Made by a program: the position numbers and the translations under genes
The notes under the pieces: model-generated
The model's input: only the letters and a program-made list of their open reading frames with translations
Told to the model about the DNA's origin: nothing
The model's database searches: none
In this document: piece after piece, positions 23,286 through 34,914 of the stretch
How the letters are laid out: each line of letters begins with the position of its first letter
Position numbering within the stretch: the stretch's first letter is position 1
NCBI RefSeq assembly: GCF_004010195.1
Contig: NC_057749.1
Coordinates: forward strand, 13,907,022 to 13,942,764
Reading direction: 5' to 3'
Length of the DNA stretch: 35,743 bases
DNA from: Chiloscyllium plagiosum
Taxonomy: Eukaryota

Positions 23286-24312
23286 TATTTTGGAGGGACT
23301 GTCTTAAGAAGAATGGTTGAGTAAATTGGTCAAGAAGTTTAAAACGAGTGAAAAATATCCCATATTTTTGGATATGGATCCAAACCTGTCACTGCATTGC
23401 TGAAGTATTCAAAATATTGGGACTGAAAATGGCTCAGGACTCATGGCAAGTACAGATTCGCAGTCATCAACCACATTTTATTTTTGACTTACTTAAGTCA
23501 AGCAAGGAAATGAATAGATCCAAATAGCACTTAAAAAAAAATCCTATTACTTTCCCCAGCTCCTTATTCCTCCCCACAATAAAATTTTGAATCAGATCTA
23601 TGTTTTAAAAACAACTTCTCCGGAGGCATGACAATGCTGAAGTAATTCAGCAATCCAGTCCCTTGCTTTTTGCTGTCAATCTTATGGAGTGATGCTTTAT
23701 CTAGTTCTACCACGGCTTGTTATCCATACCCACTTTAGGATTGAGACTTGCCAAATAAACATAACAGATGTGACAAATAAAATTTGATGTGCAGCCATTA
23801 TCTACAAAATGAGTTAGTGAGGCACGCTGTCACTATGAGCCATTTTAAACCAGTAATTGTGCTGAATTTACAAACGACAAACCCCAGCTCCCTTTTATTG
23901 ATGCTCTTGTGGTACTAAAAACATTGATCGTTTCAAGCACTATCCCATCTCACCAATCGATTTTTTACTGTTTGACCATGTAACCTGACCACTGACAGCC
24001 CACTCTGAGGATCAGCTTTCCAATAATCAATACTGCACCTTCACTCCAACTAGAGAAAGATTAGCAGCGCCTTAGCTGCTCAGTCCTTGGATGCCAAGGC
24101 TAAATATTCAAGACACATTGTAGCTAACAGTGGAAAAATACCCATCAAGACAAAATGCTCCCATCCAATATACAGAAGGCTAGTAAGCTACAAATTTGCA
24201 AGTCACAGGTTTTCAAACTCACAGGTTTTCAAACTACCTTGTGCCAAACTTTGGGTGCTACAAGTAGACATTAAAACTGTCCCAGAGTCTTTTTGATTCA
24301 AAATTACTAATT

Positions 24313-24410
24313 CCTCATTCCTGAATAAGGGCTCATGCCCAAAACGTCGATTCTCCTGCTCCTTGGATGCTGCCTGACCTGCTGCGCTTTTTGAGCAACA
24401 CATTTTCAGC
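24313..24410 (+). mobile_element. 98-bp Penelope terminal-repeat insertion with degenerate hammerhead and a 15-bp TSD
   Basis: ctgaataagggctcatgcccaaaacgtcga, flanked by tcaaaattactaatt at 24298-24312 and 24411-24425. Confidence 0.9.
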
Positions 24411-24574
24411 TCAAAATTACTAATTGCCTGTATCTGTTGCGTTATTAGCCTATTTTTATTAAAATTGTTAAGGCATCTAAGAAAACTAGTTCCGACACCA
24501 TCTTTCATGAGCGGTTACCAGGATTGTAAAGATAAAGTTGTTATACTCCTGTCAAACTATAGTGCTCATTACAA

Positions 24575-24712
24575 AGAGACAACTGGCGGTGGCTTAACCC
24601 AAGGGTCATCATGCTTCGTGGCAACCTCAGCTGGTGTGGGAATTCAATCCACACAGTTGGCATCACACTGCATTACAAACTATCCATCCAGCCAACTGAG
24701 CTAACCAACCCC
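24575..24712 (-). mobile_element. Short tRNA-derived SINE
   Basis: The minus strand reads ggttggttagctcagttgg (A box)...ggattgaattcc (degenerate B box). Confidence 0.6.
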
Positions 24713-24944
24713 CAAAAGTATTTGCAGCAGGGATTCCACAAGAATAGACTATTTTATTAAGTGCTTAATGATAGAGAGCTCATTGGATGTTACAACAGTT
24801 CAATTCCTGTTCTTTTTGTTCCCAATTGCATTTTTTTAAACAATAAAGCTTCGTAGCATACTCCAGTGCCAAAAGCTTCCAAAAATACCCACATTTGTGC
24901 AAGCTCAGTAAATATCTTGGAGAATCAAAAATAATGTTGTTCAC

Positions 24945-26106
24945 GATTGAGTTTTTTAAAGAAGTTACAAAGAGGATTGAGGAGGGCAGAGCAGTAGATG
25001 TGATTCATTAAGGTGTTCGACAAGGTTCCATCTCATGGAATACAGGGAGAACTCGTCATTTGGATACTGAATAGCTCAAAGGTAGAAAACAGAGGGTGGT
25101 GGTGGAGGGTTGTTTTTCAGACTGGAGGCCTGTGACCAGTGGAGTACCACAAGGATCGCTGCTGGGTCCACTATTTTTCATTATTTATATAAGCGATTTG
25201 GATTTGAGCATAAGAGGTATAGTTAATAAGTTTGCTGACTACACCAAAATTGGAGGTGTAGTGTACAGTGAAGAAGGTTACCTCATACAACGGGATCTTG
25301 ATCAGATGGGCCAATGGACTGAGAAGTGGCAGATGGAGTTTAATTTAGATAAATGCGAGGTGCTGCATTTTGGGAAAGCAAAGCTTAGCAGGACTTATAC
25401 ACTTAATGGTAATGTCCTAGGGAGTGTTGCTGAACAAAGAGACCTTGGAGTGCAGGTTCATTTCTTCTTGAAAGTGGACTCGCAGGTAGATCGGATAGTG
25501 AAGAAGGTGTTTGGTATGCTGTCCTTTATTGGCGAGAGTCTTGAGTACATGTTGCGACTGTACAGGACATTGGTTAGGCCACTGTTGGAATATTGCGTGC
25601 AACTCTGGTCTCCTTCCTATCGGAAAGATGTTGTGAAACTTGAAAGGGTTCAGAAAAGATTTACAAGGATGTTGGCATGGTTGGAGGATTTGAGCTATAC
25701 GGAGAGGTTGAATAGACTAGGACTGTTTTCCCTGGAGCATCGGAGGCTAAGGGGTGACCTTATAGAGGTTTATAAAATCATGAGGGACATGGATAGGATA
25801 AATAGGCAAAGTCTTTTCCCTAAATCCACAACTAGACAGCATAGGTTTAGGGTGAGAGGGGAAAGATATAAAAGAGACCTAAGGGGCAACGTTTTCACAC
25901 ATGGAATGAGCTGCCAGAGGAAGTGGTGGAGGCTAGTACAATTGCAACATTTAAAAGGCATCTGGATGGGTATATGAATAGGAAGGGTTTGGAGGGATAT
26001 GGGCCAGGTGCTGGCAGGTGGGACTAGATTGGGTTGGGATATATGGTGGGCATGGACAAGTTGGACCAGCAGGTCTGTTTCCATGCTGTACATCTCTATG
26101 ACTCTA
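24945..26106 (+). mobile_element. CR1-clade (HER1-like) LINE 3' fragment, RT C-terminal half
   Basis: ORF 25096..25977 has SGVPQGS, FADY (from FADD), WQMEFNLDKC and RLRGDLIEVYKI. Tail catctctatgactcta. Confidence 0.95.
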
Positions 26107-26641
26107 ACAGATTTTAATCAGAACCACTATACAATGTATGAAATATAAAATCCACACGTGATGTCCCAGGTAGGCCAGGAAGCTAGCATTGCATGTTGAT
26201 CTATCACCATATGGCAAGTAGAGGCATAATCCCTCAGATCATCTCCTGTGAACCGCCCTTTACGTTGTACTCATGGGACTACACCCCCTTTACTCATAGG
26301 AAGACATTTAAGAAAAGGTGCCGAGCTACAGTACCCTGTGCTCTCTCTACCCTATATACAATGGCACAAGGATATATCTAACAGCAAGGCACATCTTACT
26401 GTCCTGATTAACAAGTTGGGTTGTCCAGCAGTGGGCATGAGGGAGAAGGTAAAGCCAAACAAGGAGGAAATCAGCATAACATTTGCAGAAGAGAAGGAGA
26501 ATGGTGTGGTGAATTAGAAACTTAGTTTGGCTTGTCTGCAACCTCGATAACAAGAAATGTGCTCCTGTATAAGAACTTGTCCAAACCCTTTTGGAGATCT
26601 GCAGTGAAACATACTTGTCACATATTTCCCAACATATTAAT

Positions 26642-26679
26642 TAAATCCTTAGTTAAAAAATAAATCCTTAGTTAAAAAA
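26642..26679. repeat. Perfect 19-bp tandem duplication
   Basis: taaatccttagttaaaaaa occurs twice in tandem. Confidence 0.9.
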
Positions 26680-28529
26680 TGCAAGCATATATCCTATATA
26701 CCGATTATCCCTAACCATCTCAAATAATCTATCCAACTGAACAAAGAATCTATTCCCTTCATCAATTTAAAACGTGAAACATTGCTCTATTTATCCTACA
26801 TGTCATCTTCTGGTAATTTTGTACCCTGACTGAATTGCTAAATAATGTTTTCTTCTCCTCAACAAATTAAACTGTAGCTTGGAAATCTAGACAGAAACTG
26901 GACGAAGCAACCAGATTCTGTTCAACATGACTCCCACTCTCACAAACTAAAATCAGTTGCTGAATCTAAATGCAACCTCGTAGATCATCATCTGCAATAG
27001 AAATCAGGGGATCCTCCACAACATGATGGCAAAGTGCCCTTCGAATGTGGTTTATTCTCAATCTAATGCTGTTAAACCTAGACATGAACTGCAGCAGAAC
27101 CACACACCACAAGCCAGTATGTTCCCATGCTCACCATTTACAGACCCATCCCACAAAAAAAAAGGCAGCCCCAGCACAGGCCATCAAATTTGCAAGTCTT
27201 GTTTCAACAACTGAGCACCTAAAAGATAGCATGCATACCATTCAGCATTGCTTCCAATGCATGCACAATGTCCCGTTTCACAACCTGAGCTGCCAATTTT
27301 CAATTTGGAGAATCGCCCAGCTACATCACAGAAAAAGACCATTGAGCCCAGAAAAGCTGTGCCAATTCCAATTCAAGTTTGTGCCATTCTTTGGTTCCTC
27401 TCCTGACACTCTGTAATTACTTTTTTCAAGTATTTATCCAATTCCCTTCTGAAGAATCACTATCTGGTTGCACAAGGGAACTCTTCTGATGATGGACCAG
27501 TTAAATTCTACATGCGCTGAACAGTACTTCCATCTACAGTTACTGTATTTTAAATGTAAAAAAAAATTGTTTCTACATAAATTAACCTTAGATTTTAAAT
27601 CATACTCAATAACTTCTGTCTTGAAATTCAATGACACAGCACATAGAAAAACAGGAACCAAAAAGCAAAACCTGCACCAGCATGTCTTACTTTGCATGAC
27701 TTTACAGAATAAATAAACCAGGTTTGTACCATTTCTCCAATATGTTAAAATATTTCCAAAACTCAAATCTTGGAAGTCTACTGTAACACCTAAGCACTAT
27801 CCCCATTCCCCACTATTACATCTATATTCCAAGTTAAAAAGTCAAAGAATAAAAAGTCTGATGTGCAAATAAACTGGAAAATTTACAAGGAAGCCTTTTC
27901 TAATGCTCCAAACATAAAGTTATTGTCTAAGTCTTGAAAAAAGTATTTTCAGAATGTGGGAATGATACTCCAAAACGTCAGTACAGGAAATTGGGGCCAA
28001 AACTGAAACTACAGATCCTGATTAACACAGATCTGGTGACTGGTTTTGTAAGTGAAAAGTCACATAACTGCAGAAAGGACTACAGGGACCCCTCTGAGAC
28101 TAGGGATAGGTACATCATTGGGACAGTGAATGGGGTCCTCCGCTGACTGGGTGTCCAGTAAACAAACTTCAAAAGTCCTTTTTTTATTCCAATTACTAAA
28201 AAGCCTTGCAACATTTTTAAAGTTCGTTCAAAACAGAGTAATGATAAACAAATAAATCAGCTTTATGTAACAGGGTACATCAGAGTGCGTCTGGGAAAAT
28301 TAACAAATGGAAATTCGGAATTAATCTTGGAGGAACCCGCTTGGGAGGCGTCACAGCACAGAAACAGATATGTGAATATTTTAAATGTGGCCTTAAGCGA
28401 GTAGAGTGGATTCTTTCTTGATTATATGTTTTATTGAGATATGTCTCTTGATTAAATTTAAAAATATAAGCCATAAGTATTAAGTTAGCCTGGAGCAGTG
28501 TTTTGTGAAGAAATAAGACAGTGCTTTTT

Positions 28530-28882
28530 TTTTTGAGAAGATTTGTAGCACAGGTTGAGGTTCTGGGAGCAGGTTTGCTTGCTGAGCTGGAAGGTTCATT
28601 TCCAGATGTCTCGTCACCCTACTAGGTAACATCTTCAGTGGGCCTGCAGGCGAAGCACTGTAGATGATTCCTGCTTTCTATTTATATGTTTGGGTTTCTT
28701 AGGGTTGGTGATGCCATTTCCTGTGGTGAGATCACTTCCTGTTCTTTTTCTCAGGGCTAGTGGATAGAGTCAAACTTGATGTGTTTGTTGATAGAGTTTT
28801 GATTGGAATGCCATGCTTCTAGGAATTCTCTTGTGTGTCTCTATTTAGCTTGTCCTAAGATGGATGTATCGTCTTACTCGAA
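28530..28882 (-). mobile_element. Penelope-like element 3' end (third family), truncated by the gap
   Basis: The minus strand translates FE*DDTSILGQAK*RHTREFLEAWHSNQNSINKHI (GIY-YIG C-terminus). Hammerhead CTGAAGA-TGTTACC-TAGTAG-GGTGAC-GAGA-CATC at 28638-28605. Confidence 0.8.
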
Positions 28883-29382
28883 NNNNNNNNNNNNNNNNNN
28901 NNNNNNNNNNNNNNNNNNNNNNNNNNNNNNNNNNNNNNNNNNNNNNNNNNNNNNNNNNNNNNNNNNNNNNNNNNNNNNNNNNNNNNNNNNNNNNNNNNNN
29001 NNNNNNNNNNNNNNNNNNNNNNNNNNNNNNNNNNNNNNNNNNNNNNNNNNNNNNNNNNNNNNNNNNNNNNNNNNNNNNNNNNNNNNNNNNNNNNNNNNNN
29101 NNNNNNNNNNNNNNNNNNNNNNNNNNNNNNNNNNNNNNNNNNNNNNNNNNNNNNNNNNNNNNNNNNNNNNNNNNNNNNNNNNNNNNNNNNNNNNNNNNNN
29201 NNNNNNNNNNNNNNNNNNNNNNNNNNNNNNNNNNNNNNNNNNNNNNNNNNNNNNNNNNNNNNNNNNNNNNNNNNNNNNNNNNNNNNNNNNNNNNNNNNNN
29301 NNNNNNNNNNNNNNNNNNNNNNNNNNNNNNNNNNNNNNNNNNNNNNNNNNNNNNNNNNNNNNNNNNNNNNNNNNNNNNNNNN
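28883..29382. other. Assembly gap, 500 N
   Basis: A run of exactly 500 N. Confidence 0.99.
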
Positions 29383-29912
29383 TGTTGCGCCTGTACAAGA
29401 CATTGGTTAGGCCACTTTTTGAATACTGCGTGCAATTCTGGTCTCCTTCCTATCAGAAGGATATTCTGAAAAGGTTCAGATAAGATTTACAAGGACGTTG
29501 CCAGGGTTGGAGGATCTGAGCTATAAGGAGAGGCTGGATAGGCTGGAGCTGTTTTCCCTGGAGCATCGGAGGCTAAGGGGTGACCTTATAGAGGTTTATA
29601 AGTTCATGAGGGGCATGGATAGGATAAATAGACAAAGTTTTTTCCCTGGGGTGGGGGAGTCCAGAGGGCATAGGCTGCGGGTGAGAGGGGAAAGATATAA
29701 AAGAGACCTAAGTGGCAACTTTTTCACACAGAGAGTGGTACATGTATGGAATGATCTGCCAGAGGAAGTGGTGGAGGCTAATATGATTGCAACATTTAAA
29801 AAGGCATCTGATGGGTCTATGAATAAGAAGGGTTTGGAGGGATATGGCAGGTGAGACTAGATTGTGTTAGGATAACTGGCCTGTTTCTGTGCTGTACATC
29901 TCTATGACTCTG
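29383..29912 (+). mobile_element. CR1-clade (HER1-like) LINE 3' fragment
   Basis: LRLYKTLVRPLFEYCVQFWSP and ORF 29498..29854 (RLRGDLIEVYKFM). Tail catctctatgactctga. Confidence 0.95.
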
Positions 29913-30654
29913 ACACAAATGCTGTATCAAATCAGTTTAGCAACTCTTGGACACCACCTGCTGAAAACATATAATACTACACTATTCCCAGTTACTGAAG
30001 AGCTCTGAAACTCAAACCTCTTTACCAATAACAGTATCCAACATATCGAGATTCATATACCCTCAAAGAACAGTTTTTCATTTGAATTACCAATATCTCA
30101 TTCTTCCCCCTGCAACCTCAAGAAGACCCAGCAATGATACAATCACATATCAACTGACAAATAACAGCAAATACATTTTTAAAAATATTTAGCTTGAGAA
30201 AGACAATTTTTTTTTAATGAAAGCAACTTCTTACTTCTGTAACATGTATCAATAGCTATTAGTTTTATGTACAACATTGGTTATGTCTGCTTTTCTCCTT
30301 TCCAAAACTTCCCTGGATGACCAAACCACAATCATTCAAAGAAAATTTGCTCAACAGTCTTGCAGCAAAACATCTGCTTAATCAAATTGGAAGAGGAGGA
30401 GGACAAAGAATCAAAAGAGAAGGAAACTCAGGAGGTGCAGTAGGAAAGACAATCGCAAATATTAACATGCAAGCTTGCTTTCAACTAATGGTTTTCAGTT
30501 TTACGAATGGACAATTATTTTAAATTAACTGACAGAAGACATTTGGAGTTGTACTCAGTAAAACAGCTAAACATTCCTTTAAAGGTGTAGTGACGAGCTT
30601 CTTTGTTCAGCCAACATTACACAGAGCAAGTGATCTTGTCTAATGAGCAGTTAT

Positions 30655-31012
30655 TTTTCCTTATTTGTTCATGGAATGTTGGTGTCGCTATCAAGATCAG
30701 CATTTGCTACCCATCTTTATATGCTCATGAACCGATAGCTTGCTCGGCCATTTTTGAGGGCACAACCACATTGTTGTGTGTCTACAGTCACATCTAAGTC
30801 AGGCCAGGTAAGGACTTCAGTGTACAAGATGGGTATTAAGCAATAAATGATAGTTTACTAGTCACCATTACAGAGGCTAACTTTCAATTGCAGATTGTTA
30901 ATAATTGAATCTACATTTCACAGCTGCAATGGTGGGAATTCAATCAATGTCCTTGAGGACCAGTTGGGTTCTCTAGTTATTAGGATAATGACAATATCAC
31001 TATGCTACTATC
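30655..31012 (-). mobile_element. Degraded tRNA-derived SINE next to the SCAPER splice donor
   Basis: The minus-strand head gatagtagcatagtgatattgtc...agagaaccca is homologous to 22672-22720. Confidence 0.6.
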
Positions 31013-31025
31013 ATTAAAAGCTTAC

Positions 31026-31143
31026 CATCATCATCTTTATTTTCCAAGGGAACGCTCCATGCAATTAGGTTTCTGGCCGCTCGTCCTTCTTGTGCAACTA
31101 TCTTGCGAACTTTATCATGACTGTTGGATCTCTGGAATGAGGC
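31026..31143 (-). CDS. SCAPER: SCAPER coding exon, 118 bp (ASFQRSNSHDKVRKIVAQEGRAARNLIAWSVPLENKDDD+G)
   Basis: Hand translation of the minus strand. Acceptor TTCTCATCTTTAG| at 31144 and donor |GTAAG at 31025. The peptide closely matches the vertebrate SCAPER N-terminus as I recall it (ASFQRSNSHDKVRRIVAEEGRTARNLIAWSVPLE). Starts phase 0, ends phase 1. Not in the ORF track. Confidence 0.95.
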
Positions 31144-32253
31144 CTAAAGATGAGAATTCAAATGGATTAAGACTGGTTGAAAATTAGTTACTTTCCCTTA
31201 ACTGTTCTCCTGTCCAATGCTCAACATTTTCTGTCAAATTACATTTTGTTAACTTAAAATAGTGTTTTTACTTAAATTCTCCATTACATCAGTGATTTGA
31301 CTTTTTACTAGGTTACAAGTTGAATGCTCATTCCTGCCATGGAAAACTTCGCAAAAAAAGCTTAAGCAGAAAACAAAAAAAATCATTACCTTCCAATTAC
31401 ACAGGAATTTTTTTATTCACATCATTAATATTTGTGATCAAGACTAGTACTTAAGTGTAGTACTGTGGAATACGTTTTTTAAAAAAGAGGTATTACCATT
31501 CATATGATGTCCTTATCTATCCTAACAACTGTTAAATCTACACTATCACTTGAAGGAGAGAATCCATTTGATGTACTAACTGACAATTTTCACTCATCAT
31601 TCACCCAATTGCTGGGAATTTGCTACAGCAAAATGGTTGTGTTTGACAACAAAAGTAACAGAACTTCAAAGTAACTTAAGCATTTATTGTCTTTGTTGGA
31701 CATCATGAGTATTATCTAAATTCCAGTCTCGCTCTTGATTGAAGTCCTTAGAATCAGCAATTTGCACAACAAAATCTCAATGTCTCTACAGTGACGTATC
31801 AATTAACCTCTACTGCAAATTTTTCTCACTCCGAAGATCAAGTTCCAGCAGTACCTAACACTCAGAATTCAACCATATCACTATCTATTGTATGGGAGTT
31901 CAAAGGATTTGCAGCAACAAGCTATCTACCACAAAGAGTCCTACAGCTGAGCCTCATCCTGTTCTTGCCTAACCTGCTCATAATTTACAAGGTCATTGAA
32001 TAGTAATTAATGGAAACCCTGGTGGACATCTTTTCTCATCCAGGATAGTATAAACTGATTGTATCCATCTGCCTCAGTAAAAATTAGATGGGGTTAAGAG
32101 ATCCAACCAATAACTTTTCTTTAATTCAGTTTTTAGAGCATGGAAATCACTGGCAAGGTCAACATTGATTGCACATTGAAGATGGTAGTTGGCTGCCCAT
32201 TTGAATGACTTCCTAATTTTATCCTGACTACATTCGAATAAAAGCTATACAGT

Positions 32254-32392
32254 ACAAATGCTGGAAATCTGAAACAAAGTTAACTCTGAGTTCTGAAATA
32301 AAACAGTCATACTGGACCAGCAAAGTTAACTTTGTTTCTCTCTTAACAGATGTTGCGAGACCTGCTGAGTTTCTCCAGCATTGTGTTTATTC
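32254..32392. mobile_element. Degenerate Penelope terminal-repeat remnant, inverted pair
   Basis: aaatgctggaaatctgaaac on the left and agatgttgcgagacctgctgagtttctccagcatt on the right. Confidence 0.55.
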
Positions 32393-32793
32393 CAGAATGG
32401 GTTCCTAGCCTCCTAGACATGGATGCAACCTCATTCTCTGTCTTTTAATACTGCAGCCCCAGGGACACAAAAACATTCATTAATCATTTGTTATATATAG
32501 ATTCCATTAAACATTTGTGGTGAACTTATTACTGTCACTGCAACAGTATTTCTCTAAATTGCCAAACCCATATCATCCTCACAACATACCCCTAACCTTT
32601 CCACAATTTCTACCTTCCTCCCTCCCTTCCTTCTCAGAACACCCTCAAGACTCTTCCCTGCTAAACTCCCCTACCTCCTGTGAGGGATCCCCTCACCACC
32701 ACCTCCCTGTCCCACGCAAACACCCTCTCTGTCTCCCTCCCATGCTAAATCCCCTCTCTTCACCAAAGACAAACTCCTTCTCCACACTAAAAT

Positions 32794-32996
32794 AAAAGCA
32801 AAGTATTGTGGATGTGGGAGAACTGAAACAACAACCAAAAGTACTGGAGAATCTCAACAGGTCTAGCAGCATCTATAGAGACAGAAACAGAGTTAAAGTT
32901 TCTAAAGAAGCATTGTATTGGACTCGAAGCGTTAATTTTGTTTCTCTGTCCACAGTTGCTGCCAGCCAAGCTGAGTTTTTACATCACTGTCTTTAT
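32794..32996. mobile_element. Inverted pair of Penelope terminal repeats around a decayed hammerhead
   Basis: The left arm ctcaacaggtctagcagcatctatagagacagaaacagagttaa is the reverse-complement homolog of the right arm ttaattttgtttctctgtccacagttgctgccagccaagctgag. Centre: tctaaagaag...ctcgaagcgtt. Confidence 0.7.
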
Positions 32997-33017
32997 TCCC
33001 CTTTTCCCGGCCCAAGC

Positions 33018-33367
33018 TAGAATCATAGAATCCCTAACGTGAAGAAACAGGCCCTTCAACCTAGCAAATCCACACCCACCCTCAGAAGAGTATCCCGCCC
33101 AGACCCATTCCCCTATTACTCAACGTTTACCCCGGAGTAATGCACCTAACATACACATTCCCAAACATTATGGGCAATTTAACATTTGCCAATTCACCTA
33201 ATCTGTACAACTTTGATTTGTGGGAGGAAACCGGAACAGCCAGTGGAAACTCATGCAGGTACAGGGAGAATGTGCAGACTCACACAGACAGTCACCAGAG
33301 ACTGGAATCGAACCCAGGTCCCTGGCACTGAGCGGCAGCAGCGATAACCACTGGATCACTGTGCTGC
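33018..33367 (-). mobile_element. Full-length HE1-like V-SINE
   Basis: The minus strand has a head GCAGCACAGTGATCCAGTGG (A box) and GGTTCGATTCC (B box), the V domain, and a CR1-like tail ttctatgattcta. TSD cccaagc at 33011-33017 and 33368-33374. Confidence 0.9.
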
Positions 33368-34914
33368 CCCAAGCAAACCTCCTCTCCCCTTCACTCCAAT
33401 GCCAAAATCCCCTATTCCGCTCTTCAACCAAGCTAAAACCCCTCCTGCCCATCCCAGACCCCTCTCCTATCTTCTCCTCCCTCCCCCACGCAAAAAACCC
33501 CTCTGTCGCTGCCAAACACCCTCCTCATATTTACCGTTGTCAAAACTCCTCTCCCCAACCCATTGGAAACTGGAGGGCTAGGTAAGTGGGAGTGGAGGAA
33601 TAAATAAAACATGCAAATGGAACCAGAACTAAAGAAAAATACTCTCAAAGTTTTTACAGACACTAATCTTGAGAAATATGGCCTAACCTAAGCCCACTCA
33701 AGTCTTCAGATAACATGTAACTGTCAGCCACAAAATAGCTCATTTATTGTAACTTCAAACTATTTTAACTGCAAGCTTTATCACCTGTTTCATACAGAGC
33801 AGGCAAATAACCTCTGGCAAGAATTATAACATACCCATCCAACAGAACACTAAATTATTACAACTCTTGCTCTGGATCTATATAAAGCTACAAACATTTA
33901 GAGATCTCCACATCAAAACGACAAATCTATTATCTGATGACTGTTTAATATTGGAAGAGAATGTTTGATCCTACACTATTCAGCCAAAAAAGTACGCACA
34001 GAAAAAAAGTAGAGCCTGCAAGTGGGTTCTTCAGCATTCTCTTCCATCGATATACTTCAGTCCTGTCATAAGCTACAGTTAAAAAAAACATGCTGTCTTT
34101 ACCATTACTAAAATATACCGTGGTTAATGACATGATCATCTGACTGAAAACAAAAATAGATCCCTTTCCAATTCGCTTAGTTGTCCAATTACAACTGCTT
34201 CGTACTAATGATACAAACAGACGTTCTGGAAAGCTACATAGACAATGTGACCTTCAGCCCTGTGAGCATCTTGGGTAACTGCTCTGCAGATATGGTGATC
34301 ACCAAAACAGTCACTGCAGAAGGGAATTATTCCAGCAATGTTCCTCTCTTTCAGAAATCATCCAATGATGGTAATATTCCTGAATAAACTATACTGAATT
34401 TTATCAAGGGTAATCACAAACAAATTTTACACTTTCTTGTACATAAGGGCAATTGGTTAATTATTCTAACTCCCCAAGATGACTCAGTTGCATTCTCCTG
34501 TAATGTTAGAAACCAGTACAAATCAAAATTATAAAATAATACCAGGCCGGCTGCAAGACAGATTCTGATAGTCTATAAAAAAATGTTTAGAAGTTTGAAT
34601 TCTGACTAAATTTTTTTGAAGTCAACAAGACAAAGAAAATTTATGAAGGTAACGTACAATTCTGCAGTAAAGGATTTGGTTCTTGGCTAATTTGTGAAGC
34701 CATTCCTCTAATAAAATATCAAAAAGAATGAGCTTAAAAAGCTTCATCATCAACTCACAAACTATCCTTCAGTACGAATTCACCATGCTGTAACAATATT
34801 GAACTCCAAGTGTTGTCAGAGCTTCAGAAGAATCCACAGAAAGGCAGCAATTCTGCTTGTCCACCAACATCTGACAAAAGATTTTGTTATTTTTCTGTAT
34901 GGCAAATAGTGCAG

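Noticed and set aside
28803..29483. Five long ORFs (174-226 aa) in the ORF track
   Set aside because: They are artefacts of translating through the 500-N gap.
33295..33367. tRNA gene
   Set aside because: The A and B boxes belong to a SINE head contiguous with the V-domain and tail. The same applies to 22672-22755 and 24640-24712.
32580..33585. Proline/serine-rich ORFs
   Set aside because: They are translations of C/T-rich low-complexity tracts and SINE sequence.
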